Assembly: GCA_964016885.1 (NCBI GenBank)
Contig: OZ024740.1
Location: 146,010,001-146,074,000, forward strand
Direction of reading: 5' to 3'
DNA: 64,000 bases
Origin: Eledone cirrhosa
Lineage: Eukaryota
Each line of letters begins with the position of its first letter. The first letter of the stretch is position 1. Shown here one piece after another: positions 51,167 through 63,839 of this stretch. The notes beneath the pieces were generated by a model. It did no database searches. It was given only the letters and a program-made list of their open reading frames with translations, and was not told where the DNA came from. The position numbers were made by a program, and so were the translations under genes.

Positions 51167-51390
51167 GTAAGAACTTCTTTTAATATGGCACTTAAAAAAT
51201 TAAAGACATATGTACTCTGAAACAAGTTGTTGGGTGAATAGTATCTGTAGAGTGAGAAACAAAAAAATTGGCTTCATATGGTAGCAGACCTTAGGAACCC
51301 ATATTGAAAGTTTATATTTTGCTTTTTCCGTAGTTTGGTATCACATAGCAAAAACAAATCTAATTAAGCCTTCGTGTCTATTTAAGATAT

Positions 51391-52814
51391 TGTAGTAACC
51401 TACATTCCACGGGCTCACATACATTCTCTGTGCGTGATTTGGCTCAGTTCAGCCAATCAGCGCCAGTAGAAGAGGATGTATCCCTACGCGCCCTGAGGAA
51501 GAAATTCCCCGCGAAGATTTGAAGAATCTCTCTCTTGTACCAGGAATTTCGAACCAGCAACACGCATAATGTAACGGTGAGATTTTGCACCCTAGCCTCG
51601 CCGGCTTTTCGGCGCAATGGCACATTCCCTTTTGTAACCTCTTATCTGTAACTTCAACCATATAAGTTAACAAACATTGTTTGTGCTACATCAAAAATAA
51701 ACATACATTTCATCTCTAATTTCTGCTGTTGAAATCATTTTTATGTTACTCGTGTCTCAATAACATCTATAATCCATGCTGCTGGAATTGGCGACCTGAC
51801 GAGAAGAATATTGTAAATAGATTGAGGGACCTTCCCTCACGTCTATGTCAACAAGATAATCCAACGAGGATTCAACCACCCTGCTAAAGTGGTGACCGAC
51901 GTAAGAATTTAACGCAGCCCTTCTTATTCATTCAGTTGAACTTGCCAACCTTTTTCGCAACTTGCGAAAATTCAATATATTCCTTTCAAAATTTTTTTGA
52001 AAAATTGGCAGTATTTCAAAAACTTTTTCGCCACGAAAAAATTTCAAGATGGCTACCGACATGTCATGGCTACACTTGACAACAACAACAACAACGATAG
52101 CAGCAGCGACAGCGTTGTTTAACCACTGACCAATACGGGGAACAGTGAGTGGCAGCTTCGTGGCCTTACCGACGCAAACCACCACACATCGGAAATTTCA
52201 AAACGGCTTGTAACTTTACCGACGCAACCACCATACCTTCTGTCTCGTTACCACAGGGACTCGAGAAATTGAGACAGTAGTTTTCTCACTATTATGGCGC
52301 CAGACGTGGCTGCCATGTTTGGTGACTGCTACTCTACAGAAGATTCTTTGACTTTGCTTTAACAATAAGCAACACAACCGTGTGGCGGGACGGTAAAATG
52401 GCCACGAAAACTCACAAAAACACCATACATCTAACCCCTAACGGCATTAACAAACTTCTTTTTCAGTTTTCAGATAGAACTAGTGTCTGTACACTGGTGA
52501 TGTGTGAACTATTTGACTTTGAAAAACTTTGAACTTATTGAGCAATTTCTCTGCTCCCTTAGATTGACTTTGAATTATCAGTTTGTTACATTCACATATT
52601 TCTTTGTAGAATGTATTTACTTGTTTTGTGCTCTTTTGCTATGCTGGAATTGGCAACCTGACGAGAGGAATGTTGTAAATACAAAGATGGTAAATAGATC
52701 GAGGGACCTTCCCTCACGTCTATGTCGACAAGATAATCCAACGAGGATACTATCACTTACCACACTGGCAACTAACGACCATCATCCTTCTACCCTGTTA
52801 AAGTGGCAACTACA
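51391..52814 (+). mobile_element. Deleted LTR retrotransposon remnant (Gypsy-like), no ORF
   Basis: TGTAGT...ACTACA termini, AATAAA at ~51696, internal direct repeat ~51780-51895 / ~52642-52805, PBS-like TGGTGACCGACGT at 51890. Confidence 0.65.
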
Positions 52815-53129
52815 TTATTCTCTGCTAAAATATTAATAATTTCTTGTATAAATATTTAAACCAGCAATATCTGGCCAGAATTCTCTCACTTTTTTCTTTT
52901 CAAACCAGCTGTAATCAGCTGCTCATACTGATGTTAAGGTATTGTTCTCAAAATGAATAATATAAAATTTTCATAGATTTGATATTATGTAAGATAAAGC
53001 CTTTACCACAAAAATATAACAGTAAATATAGAATAATGTAAATGCTAAAGGGTTAATATCTAAAATTCTTTCAAAATCATCAACTTCATCATTGTTTAAC
53101 ATCAACTTTCCTTACTTTATACAGAAATA

Positions 53130-54068
53130 TTAGATTGTCTCACATGAAATGTCGTATTTTTAATAAGTTTCTTTATCAGCCATTTATAAGCTCGATTATG
53201 TGTATGCTTGTGTTTAATCTTAACTATCTTTTATTCCAAACAATATTACCATTCAAAATCGCTACCCACAATCCTATGACAATGTTGACAACTGAACAAT
53301 ACCGAGTGGTTTTCTTGTACGAATACAAGCTGGGTCACTCAGCCTCAGAAGCCCTATGAAACATTAAGCAAGCTTTTGGTAACGATTCTGTTGACACCAG
53401 AACTGTCCAGAGATGGTTTCAAAGATTTCATTCAGGAAATGAGAGCCTTAAAAATGAACCGAGAGGGAGACCCATATCAGTAATTCGTCATGATGAATTG
53501 AATGCTTTGGTTAAACAAAATAAGAAAAACGGTTCGAAAAATCTCATCTGAGCTCCAGACATCTTGCTCAACTGTTTCTCGACACCTGAAGAAAATTTGA
53601 AAAGTCAAAAAGATGGACAGGTTTGTTCCACATCAACTTAATGAGATTCAAAGAGACAGGCGTCTTACAGTGTGCTCAATGTTGGTTTCTCGGCTCGAAA
53701 GAGATCCATTTTTGCATCGACTCATTACGTGTAATGAGAAATGGATACTCTTCGATAACAGCAGAAGGACTGGGCAGTGGTTAGATGCAGAAGAGTCACC
53801 GAAACACTACCCGAAACCACCATTGCATCCTAAGAAGTTGATGGTCACTGTATGGTGGTCTGCAAAGGGGGTTATTCATTATTCATTTTTGCAACAAGAC
53901 CATATTGTAACAGCAACATCATATTGTCAGGAAATTGATCGTATGCATGAAAAATTGAAGAAGAAGCATCCCAGACGAGTGAATAGAGATGGCCCAATTT
54001 TGCTTCACGATAATGCACGGCCCACAAGTTGCAAAGTCTGAATTATGAAATTTTGCAACATCCTCCCT
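53130..54068 (+). mobile_element. Mariner transposon, 3'-truncated transposase pseudogene
   Basis: TA|TTAGATTGTCTCACATGAAATGTC TIR; HTH remnant, FVPHQL, TCNEKW (catalytic D to N), HDNARP; stops and frameshifts. Confidence 0.92.
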
Positions 54069-54560
54069 GTGCTGGTATAGCCCTCTTCCCTTCCAGCTCT
54101 CACATCAGATCGAATAAGGGAGAGTTAAAAGGGTTTATGTGTCTTCTTGTGACAGCATGGACACCTAAAACCCTTAGTGAAAGCATACTACTAAGTCATA
54201 CTTGATTGTGAGTGATAGCTGTAGTTATTATCTAATCTTAGGTATAATTCAGTATATTTGCAATTTATCTCGTATATTGGATCAATAAGACTATTGAATT
54301 CCTATTTTCATATGTTTATACCAAGTAGATTTTTCACATTTAGCTTTTATTTTTTTTTTATTGCTGTTTCCTTAGTATTTTAGCTTATTCTGCACAACAT
54401 TATAGCCATTTAGTATTGCTACCTCAATAATTAATATGCTCTTGTCATGAAAAATGATATCAGGCTTATGTGACATTTAGTATTTATTTTAATTTTCATT
54501 TATTAAATGTAATATTTGAAAATTTGGATATACATTTTGCTCTTTTCTTTTTTCATTTAG

Positions 54561-54679
54561 ATAATGATGGCTCCAAAAACCTCATGATTTCTGAAGCATT
54601 TCTTCGTTTATTTGTTGAATTAGTTGGTCACGCACCTTCTTACATTCTTACCCAACAAAATGGAGAAAAGATTTTTCAG
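54561..54679 (+). CDS. DENND2: DENND2-like exon, dDENN (DNDGSKNLMISEAFLRLFVELVGHAPSYILTQQNGEKIFQ)
   Basis: catttag/gtaata; SEAF.R.FVE.VGH dDENN motif; phase 1 to 0. Confidence 0.97.
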
Positions 54680-55149
54680 GTAATAAATTGTATTTGAATA
54701 TCTTTGGGGAAAAGCATATGCTTTAATCTTTCATTAACTTGAATTCTCCTCTAATGTTTATAAATTAAACATTTTTTAGTTTTTCAACTGATTAAAAAGT
54801 ATCTACTATTATCAATATTAAGAGAAGAAGGACTTTTTAATACTTGAATATTTATCTCTAGTTAAATAAGTTTCCTTTGTATTTGTCTTACTAAATTTAA
54901 AGTAAAACTATACCTAACTTGAGACATGTGCTTCCTATCAGTACAAGATAGCAAAAATTAACAGTACATATCAGATGCAGCTAATCAGGATCATATCAAA
55001 GAACTATATGTAGAGATTAATATCAGGTAAATCAAAAATAGAGAAAAGGAAATCTGGTTAAAACCTTATTTCATACCTATAGTTCCCAAAAGAGAGCTGC
55101 AAATTGAAGCACTAAATGTATTTCATCATGTGTTTCTGTGTGTTTATAT

Positions 55150-56330
55150 ATAGATCTTGATCTTGTTTATCTCTGCTCATCTATATTGGGTTGGGGACTA
55201 TGGACAATTGCATCAATGTTCACCTTGAATCCGTATCCGATCAAACTTTGGAAACTGGTTACCGAGCCATAGCTCATCTACCTCCAACACAAAGATGAAG
55301 CCGTTACCCTCTTGAAAGGTTGTTACCAAGGTGACTAAGGAGTCCCATCTACCCAGTTTTAAAATCAGTGATCCTTCTAGATGGAGTGCCAACCAACAAG
55401 CTCTACCTACCCAGTTTTTTTACACACTATTGGATGGCTGTTGACTCTCCTGAGTTCCTCTGCTCTTTGACACGTTTTATTTTTCATCTCGCAGGGTATC
55501 TAAAAATCACCCTTAAATCTAGGATTTTATAGAGTAAAAGGCTTAAGCCTATAGTTTTTAAGATATCCTCTTAGATTGGTAGAGTGGCATGATTTAATAG
55601 AGTTTAAAAGGTTTTTAGAATGTATTGTCAGAGAGTATACAAGTAAGTAGCCAGAGCGGAAGTCATAGTTTGAGGTATTTCTCAACAGAATAACCCTTTA
55701 CCTGTTTGAGGAGGGTAAATCTCTAACACAAAGTGGTACAACACTTTCTTTGCCTTGTTGTTCCAGCCACAAACTCTGGCACTGCCAATTGTAACACAGA
55801 GAAGCAGATGCCAGAACTTTAGCAGCTACTTCTTTTCATGTCAGTCATTATCAAGAGCTCTGGTGGCCTCAGATCCAAAATTGAATTGAGAGGGATGCAT
55901 CCCACCTGGGAAAGGAGCCTGGTTAAGTAGAGTGGCTGATGCAGCAGGTATTGCTGTCTGTTCTCTGCAGTAATGCTTTCACCATTTACTGAGCACAGCT
56001 GAGACATCCCATCTAGATAGAGATGTAGAGTTCGCTGCTCTCCCTTTGCTCTTACATACATTTTTTTTTTCATTGCCAACATTATATAGTTGTGGGAAAG
56101 TAAGGAATATACATATTTGCACTCCCTTGGTAACATGACAGAAATAAGCTTAAGTTTTTTTGAAGCTGTTAACATCACAGCTGGTACATGTAGATTTTGG
56201 GAATAGACTCTGAATATCGACTGTATGGAAGTCTTAAGTTGAGAGTTGTCCATAAAAATTGGGTTCGCTGAGTGTTTTTTAATAGCAATAAGCAACCCTA
56301 TAGACTCTAGTTTTCATAAGTCGGGAAATA
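55150..56330 (-). mobile_element. Very decayed CR1/L2/Jockey-group LINE 3' remnant
   Basis: ORF 55819-56295 has weak RT C-terminal similarity (TASKKL...); long 3'UTR-like segment. Confidence 0.4.
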
Positions 56331-57117
56331 GAAAAATTACAATAAATATAAATGGAAGAACTTCATTATCCTTATCACCGTTTAATATCTATTTTTCATG
56401 CATGGGTTTGACAGGTTTTCATATACTGAGGTTTGACTGATTAGGTGACCCCGTCTTGCTTGTACACATCATTTTTGGCATGGTTTCTATGGCTAGATGC
56501 CATTCCTAATACCAAACACTTTACAGAGTGGACTATAATGGAATTATTGGTCCATGTGATCAATGCAGCCAGTACTGTGTAACTAGAGAGTTGAACTATT
56601 ATAAACTCTAGGATGACTATTTCCCCTTTAGTTCTCATCTAATTACGTACTTCCTAACTTGCAACAATTCAAATAAAACAGTGATCACATCTGCCTATCT
56701 TATCCTTCCATGAGGTCTATAAATGTTTGATGGAGGTAAAATTGATATTCTGAGATCTGACTCCTCCATATAGATGAAAATGTGAAAATAGTTGCTTTAT
56801 AAAAAAATATGTAGTAATAACTTCTAATTTAGATACAAGGCCAGCAATTTGGACAGAGGGGGAAATTGATAATATCAACACCAATACCTGACTGGTACCT
56901 TATTTTATCGATACTGGAAGGTGGAAATGCAAAGTCGACCTGGGCAGGATTCAAGCTTAGAATATAAAGTGCCAGTTCAAATAACACAAAGCAGTTTGTT
57001 TGATGGTCTAACAATTCTACTAACCCACTGCCCTTAAGAAACATGATAATGATTTTTTTTTTTTCACAATTTAATTTTGATGCTTTTTTCATAATTATTT
57101 CTTTCATTTTTTTCCAG

Positions 57118-57238
57118 AAAGAACAATTTATTCGGAGTGTGAATTCAAAAAGCATCCGTAAGTTCCTCGAGTGGTTCACGGAAACACAGATGTTTGATGT
57201 GTTCAAACACTCCCTCCTAGAAGCGTCTAGTTCATTAG
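57118..57238 (+). CDS. DENND2: DENND2-like exon, dDENN (KEQFIRSVNSKSIRKFLEWFTETQMFDVFKHSLLEASSSL); gene continues beyond window
   Basis: ttccag/gtaaga; S.S.R.FLE.F.ETQMF motif; ends in phase 1 with no convincing next exon in window. Confidence 0.97.
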
Positions 57239-57649
57239 GTAAGATACATTGGCATTAATTAAAACTTTTATTAACCCTTTTGATTAACCTGCCCCAATCT
57301 GTCTCTGGTTCTATAAGACAGAACCACTTATTTTAAAATGTTTCTATTTAAATTAAAATTTTCCATCATAACTTGTTATTTGAAACTTTTGTTATGTTAC
57401 AAATACGATCATAATAATGAAATAAATAATAATTTTACTTTACCCCGTCAAATTCTTCATTAATTAATTTAAATACAGGGTTTTTCATGAGAAATGAAAT
57501 GGTTAAATAGTTAAAGGGTCTATATTTGGCCTTCTATAACTCTATTTTCATATTTGATGAATGGATAGATGTCTGCGATGTTAAATGTTAATTTTATAAT
57601 TTTTCAAACTATTAACTTCATCTTTAGAGAATGTTTAATATACTTCTAC

Positions 57650-58110
57650 ACTGGGTGTTCTTCATTGTGGCACCAGTAAGTCCACCATGTAAGTTGATCA
57701 TACTGGTGCCACGATGAAAAACACCCAATCCCTCATGTAAGGATGTTGTACTGGTACCACAACAAAAAAGCACCTAGTCTACCCTGTTCGGTAGTTGTTT
57801 TAGTGCCATGATGAAAAGCACCCAATCTACCCTGTAAGTTGGTTGTGCTGGTGTGCTGGTACCACAACAAAAAGAGCACCCAGTTCATCCTGTTAGGTGG
57901 TCATTGTGATGTCATGATGAAAAGCACCCAGTACATGCTGTAATATGATTGATGTTAGGAAGGGCATCTAGAAATGTAAACTGAGCCTTAAACTGATCCA
58001 TATGAGCAAGATGTAGTCACTTGACCTGGCTAGCCTCATAAGGTGACAACATGTCTAACCCATCTAACCCATTCAAGCATGGAAAATAGACATTAAATGG
58101 TGATGATGAC
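57650..58110 (+). mobile_element. RTE 3'UTR fragment with amplified ~50-bp subrepeats
   Basis: Five AAAA(G)CACC(C/T)A units, then TAGGAAGGGCATC...CCATCTAACCCAT...TGATGATGA as in 22860-23127. Confidence 0.8.
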
Positions 58111-58684
58111 TGCTATTCAATTGATCTGATCCCAGATCAGCTTTGAGTGTCATATTCCTGGATGTTTATACAATACCAGGTTGAATTTAAACCTTTATTT
58201 AAGGGGAATAACATTGTTATTCATTAGATCACTGGTGCATGTAGCTTATAGTGAGCACATATGTTATTACCTTTAGTTTATATATTAAGGTTCTTGGTTC
58301 AAATACAGGCTGGTGCTACATATATATCTAGGACTAAAACACCTGATAAATGCTAGTAGATCAAAGCAATCAAAATGTAGTGCAGTAGTAAATATTAAAC
58401 ATTTTTTCCTTCTCCAAAGAAGTTCTTTTATTCTTATAATAGTTAAATGTTAATGGTAAAAAAACCAATTCATAATCTTATTTTTTCTGAGATAATACAT
58501 GTCATAACTATTAACCTTGCTTTCTCAGGATGTGGTAGAAGTTTTGGAAGGAATTTAATTTATCTAAAGTGTTACTTCATTTAAGGCTGATATTTTGACA
58601 CAATCACTAGTACAGACAAATCTCTACTGAATATAATAAACTGGAGTCAAGTTTATTTGAAGTTGTATATACATTTTATTAATG

Positions 58685-59120
58685 AATGCAAGAATTGTAG
58701 GAGCTGGTGCAGTAATGCACCAGCTTCAGTATTCGGTCATCAGAAGTAGGGAGGTAGGTGAAAAAACCAAACTCGCTATCTTCTATCAGTGTTTGTGCCA
58801 ACCCTTACCTATGGTCATGAATCTTGGGTAATGACCGAAAGAATAGAATCACAAAAACACACAGCCAAAAGGGGGTTCTTCTGAAGGGTCTTTGGAATAA
58901 TGTTCCTCAATAGAGTGTGTAGCTTGGAGATCCAGGAGTCACTCTAGGAAGAGCCTTTACTTCTCGGAATGGAGAGATCACAGCTCTGATACTACAGACA
59001 TGTGGTCAAAATGTCTAAGGAAAGAATTGCAGGATACATTTGGTGGGATACCAAAGGCTAGACCCTGAGCAAGATGGTTGGATAACATCCATGAGCTTGA
59101 CTTCCCTCACTTGGGGATCA
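58685..59120 (+). mobile_element. Decayed RTE (Expander/BovB-like) fragment
   Basis: KTKLAIF..VPTLTYGHESWVMTER remnant. Confidence 0.7.
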
Positions 59121-59214
59121 ACAATCATTTAATACTAATGCACATACATCTAATGACAATATGTAAATCAATCATATAATCGATATAACTCCTATAAAAC
59201 CAATAAACCTTGTA

Positions 59215-60960
59215 AAAGAATCAGTTCTCTTCTATTTTATGGTATTCTCCTCCACTATCACTAGGAATCAGGAAAAATTTAGCTCACCTATTTTTTAATG
59301 CTCTTGATAAATGCTTCCACAAAACGCATTAATATAGTAGTTTTTTTAATATACATACAATTAAACTCTCATACTCAACCACTATGAATATTGCCCAAAA
59401 TATAGCTACAATTCATAATAGAAATCTCAGAACTATCCACATGGAATTAACCCCTAATGATAATCAGCCAATCACTAATAGTATAATCAACTCCCTGTTT
59501 AACAACAATTATACCAATAACGTGAACTATGAAAATTGAGCGGCATCATTGAATAACAGTGGAGGTAATTGCAATTGTAAAAATAGTTAATAACTGTTTT
59601 GACCGTAATTTAGTTTACAAATGCATTGTCAACACAAAAGATAAATCTTACAATTATATTGATGCCACTTCCTCTAAATTTAAGGAAAGGAGGTATAATC
59701 ACTGCCACAAGAGAGAAGATAAAAGATTTAGTTTTGCTTTATCTGAATTAATTTGGTCTCTCAAAAATAAAAATATAGAATATTCTCTTTCTTGGCAAAA
59801 ACTTTCTAGCGCTTTACCTTATATAAATTCTTCCATTTCTAAAGGTTGTAACTTATGTACCACTGAAATTCTTTATATTCTTAATAATAGGAAAATAATC
59901 TATATATATAAAACTGAGGATGTCTGTCTGTGTGTGTGTGTGAGTTTGAATCCCTAAAACTCGAGAAACACCCAACCGACTGTTTTCAAACTTTACATGT
60001 GTATTACTTATGTTTCAGGGAGTGTTATGCACATAAAAAAATTCCACTTTTTGATCCCCTAGGGCCCGCATTAGGTGAAAAACTGCGTTTTTTCAGCTTT
60101 TTAGGGTTTTTTTGAGGCGTTACGTCAGACCGATTTCCTTGAAATTGTAACTATGTATTAGTCAGTCTCTTCTTATCGTGAGCAAAGAAAATCCAACTTT
60201 TTATGGCCTAGGGCCCGCATTAGGTGAAAAACTTCATTTTTTTTCAGCTTTTTAGGGCTTTTTTGAGGCATTAAGTCTAGCCGATTTTCCCGAAATTTCA
60301 AGGCATATTATGCACATCCCCTAGGGCCTGCATTAGGTGAAAACCTGCATTTTTCCTGCTTCATCGAGTAAAATTTTAAAGATTATCCTGCCATCAGAGT
60401 ATTTGGTTTATTTTCTCTACATAATGATAATCAGCCAATCACTAATAGTATAATCAACTCCCTGTTTGAGGCACATGGCTTAGTGGTTAGAGCATTGGCC
60501 TTGCAATCGAAAGGTTGTGAGTTTAATTCTCAGACTGGGTGATGTGTTGTTTCCTTGAGCAAGACACTTTATTTCACATTGCTCCAGTTTATTCAGCTGT
60601 AGAAATGAGATGATAGGACTGGGGTCCCTATCATTCCACTGCAAAGTTGTCGTGGAGGTGCCACGGCAAAAAGCACCCAGCACTCACTGTAAATGAGGTT
60701 GGTGTTAGGAAGGGCATCCAGCTGTAGAAATCAAGCCAGAATCAGTTGCCGTCCCACCCTTGCAAGCAGGGAAAAAGCGGATGTAAAATGATATAAAATG
60801 ATATTGTCCAGGCATGCAGTTTTTCCACGATTAGGTCTGTTGGCGGCCCGCGTTCCAAAATACCTTATCCGGGCAACGCCGGGTACCACTGCTAGTTATT
60901 AATAAAAAAAACATCTGAGATCTTCAACTTTACCTCCACCGATTCTCAAAAATGTTCCAT
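59215..60960 (+). mobile_element. Neptune-like Penelope-like element remnant (thumb + GIY-YIG), interrupted by a Helitron
   Basis: FNIHTIKLSYSTTMNI..HN, NLVYKC..YIDAT..FKERRYNH..ALSELIWSLK..CNLCTTE; resumes INKKTSEIF after 60895. Confidence 0.85.
59899..60895 (+). mobile_element. Non-autonomous Helitron containing a SINE
   Basis: A|TCTATATATATAAAA 5' end, (TG)n, three CTAGGGCC(C/T)GCATTAGGTGAAAA subrepeats, hairpin CCGGGCAACGCCGG, CTAG|T 3' end. Confidence 0.9.
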
Positions 60961-62049
60961 AGAGTCTTTAATTAAGTTTTAAAATAGTTAACATATTTAG
61001 TGAATATTCCTTTATATGTAGTTTTAATTCTCACCTCCACTTATTCTCGAATACATTTAAAATGTTTAATTAAGCTTTATATATGAAAAATAATAAAATA
61101 ATAAGATAGGTATTACTCATTTATATATGTTTTTTATGATTTTCTATTTTCTTAAAAAATCTAGACTATATGACTAAATAAGTTAACTAATTTCTTCCTC
61201 CGTTATTTTTCTGTTATAATCTTCCTCTAGTATAATTTTTCATCTACTTTAAATTTAGGTTGTATCTAAGTAAATTTAATTTAATATAAATTGATAAATT
61301 CGGCTATAATGCATACATTTTTCTTTCTCAATAATTATACAAAGTTTTAATAGTCTCCCATATATATATCAACTACTTAAATAAGATTGTTGAATTGATA
61401 ATTTTTAACATAGATAATTATCTCCCTTCTTTTAAAATAAATAATTTATCACAATATTAAAGCATACTCAACTATATATTTTTAAAAATATATATATATA
61501 TAAAAAGAACCATATCAATTATTAAATACTTTTCAATAATTTCAGTATCTAAATATACATAAACAAAGATAGCTTACTTACAAATTCTATAATCCAAACT
61601 CTTTTCCCCTTTATTATTATATTTTCATAATATTATTTCTGTCTTCCTAGAATATTTTTTCCCTTGATATAATATATACTTTTGATTTAATGCCTATCTT
61701 AAATGATTCTAAGCGGAATTGAAACTGAATAACGATAAATTTTTTTTTTTTTTTTTTTTTTTTTTTACCAATCTAATTATGCTATATTTTGAATAATTTA
61801 TGAAATGTTTAAACCAACTGTAATGTTTTCTCCCAGTCACATAAACCACTATTTGTTGAGTTTTTTCTAGTCATATGCTTGGTGGTCACCGATCTGTCCA
61901 GCTTGTTTGTCTACCAGCCTATCATAAAAAAATTATACATTTTCTATGTATTTTATCTGAGGAGGACATTTTTTGCTTTATGTTATACTTTACATCTTCG
62001 AAATATATACAATGAAATAAATAATGATGATATAAAGTATTATGAAAAT

Positions 62050-62952
62050 ATTATGAAAATAAAACAAAGAAGCCTTCAATACATCAAAAGTCTTTATTAG
62101 CCAACAATGTTTCGTCCTATTAAGGACTCATCAGGGCAATCAAAACCACAAGAAGTACTATCGGCCAATACAAGCCGAAAACTCCGAAGAATATGGAGTG
62201 TACATACACTAAAGTATTGGAAGATTATGGGTAAAAATATATAATAAAAATCACTAAGGAGGTGATAACATTTTGAACCATATTACAAATATAGTCCAAA
62301 GCAAAAAAAACTAGAGCTAAACAAAGGTGGTTATATAGAGCGGGAATTATAGTACTATATGTAATACAATATAATATAATATAATATACTTGTAACAAAA
62401 TTAAAATTAAAATTCACAATATACATATGTATATATGTACGCACACGTACGCACATATACATATACATCAATACACATTTCCATCATGAACAGCACAAAT
62501 TAAACTTTATTAAGAGTTTAAATATAAATGAGCATAATAGGAATAAAAATAAAAATAATACGTATATCTAATATACAGTATAACATGAAGTAATGAAATG
62601 ATTAAAAGTAACACATATAATATATAATAAACTATATAACTATATAATATATAATATAATATAATAGATAATCTCCGGTTAATTTACACAAACAATATAG
62701 ATGTCACAATAATACTATAATAATAATATATAATATATAATGGCATGTAAGTTAACAAATCAATTCATGTAGAGTTACAGAGTAGGTGAGAAAAAAATAT
62801 AAATTGTACAATACCCAAAATTATGATGGTACAAAAATATAAACATCTTACATGATTGCCCTGATGAGTGCCCTGATGATAATAGGACGAAACATTGTTG
62901 GCTAATAAAGACTTTTGATGTATTGAAGGCTTCTTTGTTTTATTTTCATAAT
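62050..62952. mobile_element. Fold-back element with ~93-100 bp hammerhead-containing arms (PLE-derived)
   Basis: 62050-62142 is the reverse complement of 62853-62952 apart from a rearrangement at 62869-62879. Confidence 0.85.
62096..62141 (-). ncRNA. Intact minimal type I hammerhead ribozyme
   Basis: Minus strand AUUGCC-CUGAUGA-GUCCU uaau AGGAC-GAAA-C auu G-UU-GGC(U)AAU. Confidence 0.88.
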
Positions 62953-63301
62953 TCTTCGGCTCTGTTTAATTACATTGAGCTATACCTTTTACTGTCATTT
63001 CTATAATACGAAGAGGGTGTTTAACTCCAACACACTCCAGTATTTTAATCCGATGATATAAAGTATATATCTTTTGTTTTTGGCAGTATCAGTAAAGTGT
63101 CGGACACCATGCTTTGTAGCATGTTATGGCCCTTTATGATCTGAGTTCAAATCCTGCCGAGGTTAACTTTGCCTTTCATCCTTACGGGGTTGATAAAATA
63201 AAGTACCAGTAATACACTGGAGTAATTGCTGGCCTTGTTCTAAAAGTAGAAACAATTATTATTATTATTATTACAATATATATATATAAGCAAAGGGATA
63301 T

Positions 63302-63839
63302 CTAACACTCTCTGGTGTTGTCCAGCAGAAACAAGGGGGACAACCGTCTATGCATTTCAGGCTTGACTGGCCATCGTCAGGACCATACCTCCTACTGCTC
63401 TGCGACTGCTGGACTTGAAAACAGCCGAGAACATATAGTTTTCTCGTCTGTGTAAATGAGGTGATTAATCTCATTTGCATATGAAGCTGTATAAGTTGGC
63501 TCAACTTATAATAGTAAAGCAACAGGATTGCGCTTCAAGCATAGCTAAAATCGTATTTCTTTCGAAATACAAAATTTGTATACATATTGTATAAAGCTAT
63601 GCTTGAGGCGAAATCCTATTTCTTTTCTATTATGAGTTGAGCCAACTTATGCAGCTTCATATGCAAATGAGATTAATCACCTCATTTACACAGACGAGAA
63701 AACTATATGTTCTCGGCTGTTTTCAAGTCCAGCAGTCGCAGAGCAGTAGGAGGTATGGTCCTGACGATGGCCAGTCAAGCCTGAAATGCATAGACGGTTG
63801 TCCCCCTTGCTTCTGCTGGACAACACCAGAGGGCGTTAG
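63302..63839. repeat. Long inverted repeat, ~245-bp arms, 48-nt spacer
   Basis: 63302-63546 vs 63595-63839; mirrored ORFs 63271-63522(-) and 63637-63885(+) give the same peptide. Confidence 0.97.
63758..63795 (+). ncRNA. Minimal type I hammerhead ribozyme (identical copy on minus strand, 63346-63383)
   Basis: GUC-CUGACGA-U-GGC cagucaa GCC-U-GAAA-UGCA-UA-GAC; palindromic stem III (UGCA). Confidence 0.8.

Noticed and set aside
61871-62100. Phase-compatible acceptor and ORF as terminal DENND2 exon
   Set aside because: Low-complexity peptide with no resemblance to the DENND2 C-terminus; runs into the fold-back arm
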